60,000 nucleotides of DNA, from positions 206,772,001 to 206,832,000 of the forward strand of contig NC_058368.1 of NCBI RefSeq assembly GCF_018350175.1, in the 5' to 3' direction. This DNA is from Felis catus (Eukaryota). Each line of letters begins with the position of its first letter. Positions within the stretch are counted from its first letter, which is position 1. Below the pieces are notes generated by a model. The model was not told the origin of the DNA. It was given only the letters and a program-made list of their open reading frames with translations, and made no database searches. A program made the position numbers and the translations under genes. Below, piece by piece: positions 59,771 to 60,000 of the stretch.

Positions 59771-60000
59771 GGGGCGCCTGGGTGGCGCAGTCGGTTAAGC
59801 GTCCGACTTCAGCCAGGTCACGATCTCGCGGTCCGTGAGTTCGAGCCCCGCGTCAGGCTCTGGGCTGATAGCTCGGAGCCTGGAGCCTGTTTCCGATTCT
59901 GTGTCTCCCTCTCTCTCTCCACCCCTCCCCCGTTCATGCTCTGTCTCTCTCTGCCCCAAAAATAAATAAAAAACGTTGAAAAAAAAATTAAAAAAAAAAT
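59771..60000 (+). mobile_element. Young felid Can-SINE (SINEC_Fc-type) inserted in L1
   Basis: GGGGCGCCTGGGTGGCGCAGTCGGTTAAGCGTCCGACTTCAGCCAGGTCACGATCTCGCGG; CpGs intact; A-tail runs to the window end. Confidence 0.96.

Noticed and set aside
1..60000. CRISPR array, operon, numt, ERV internal genes or processed pseudogene
   Set aside because: I saw no regularly spaced repeat-spacer structure and no mitochondrial, gag/pol/env or mRNA-like sequence.

Overview
This is mammalian genomic DNA from a carnivore, almost certainly a felid: it carries many tRNA-derived Can-SINEs, including near-intact SINEC_Fc-type copies. The window is AT-rich, repeat-dense and intergenic or deep-intronic. I find no credible host protein-coding exon, RNA gene or CpG-island promoter; the protein-like ORFs I could identify are LINE-1 fragments, and the others look like SINE, microsatellite or chance frames. 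Main content: one full-length but dead 7.25 kb L1 (46790-54044, minus, TSD TGTACATTTT), a second large L1 (55720 to about the window end), several 5'-truncated L1s, about 20 Can-SINEs (most with readable TSDs), MaLR/ERV solo LTRs, hAT fossils, and MIR/L2 relics. Subfamily names come from memory of consensus sequences and are provisional. The most notable signal is a probable non-allelic gene-conversion tract between two same-orientation L1 copies 16.4 kb apart: about 98% identical over 522 bp, next to a much more diverged segment. Also noted: repeated reuse of insertion sites, several palindromes, a long polypyrimidine tract and a candidate enhancer near 37.3-37.9 kb. I see no evidence for a novel gene system.
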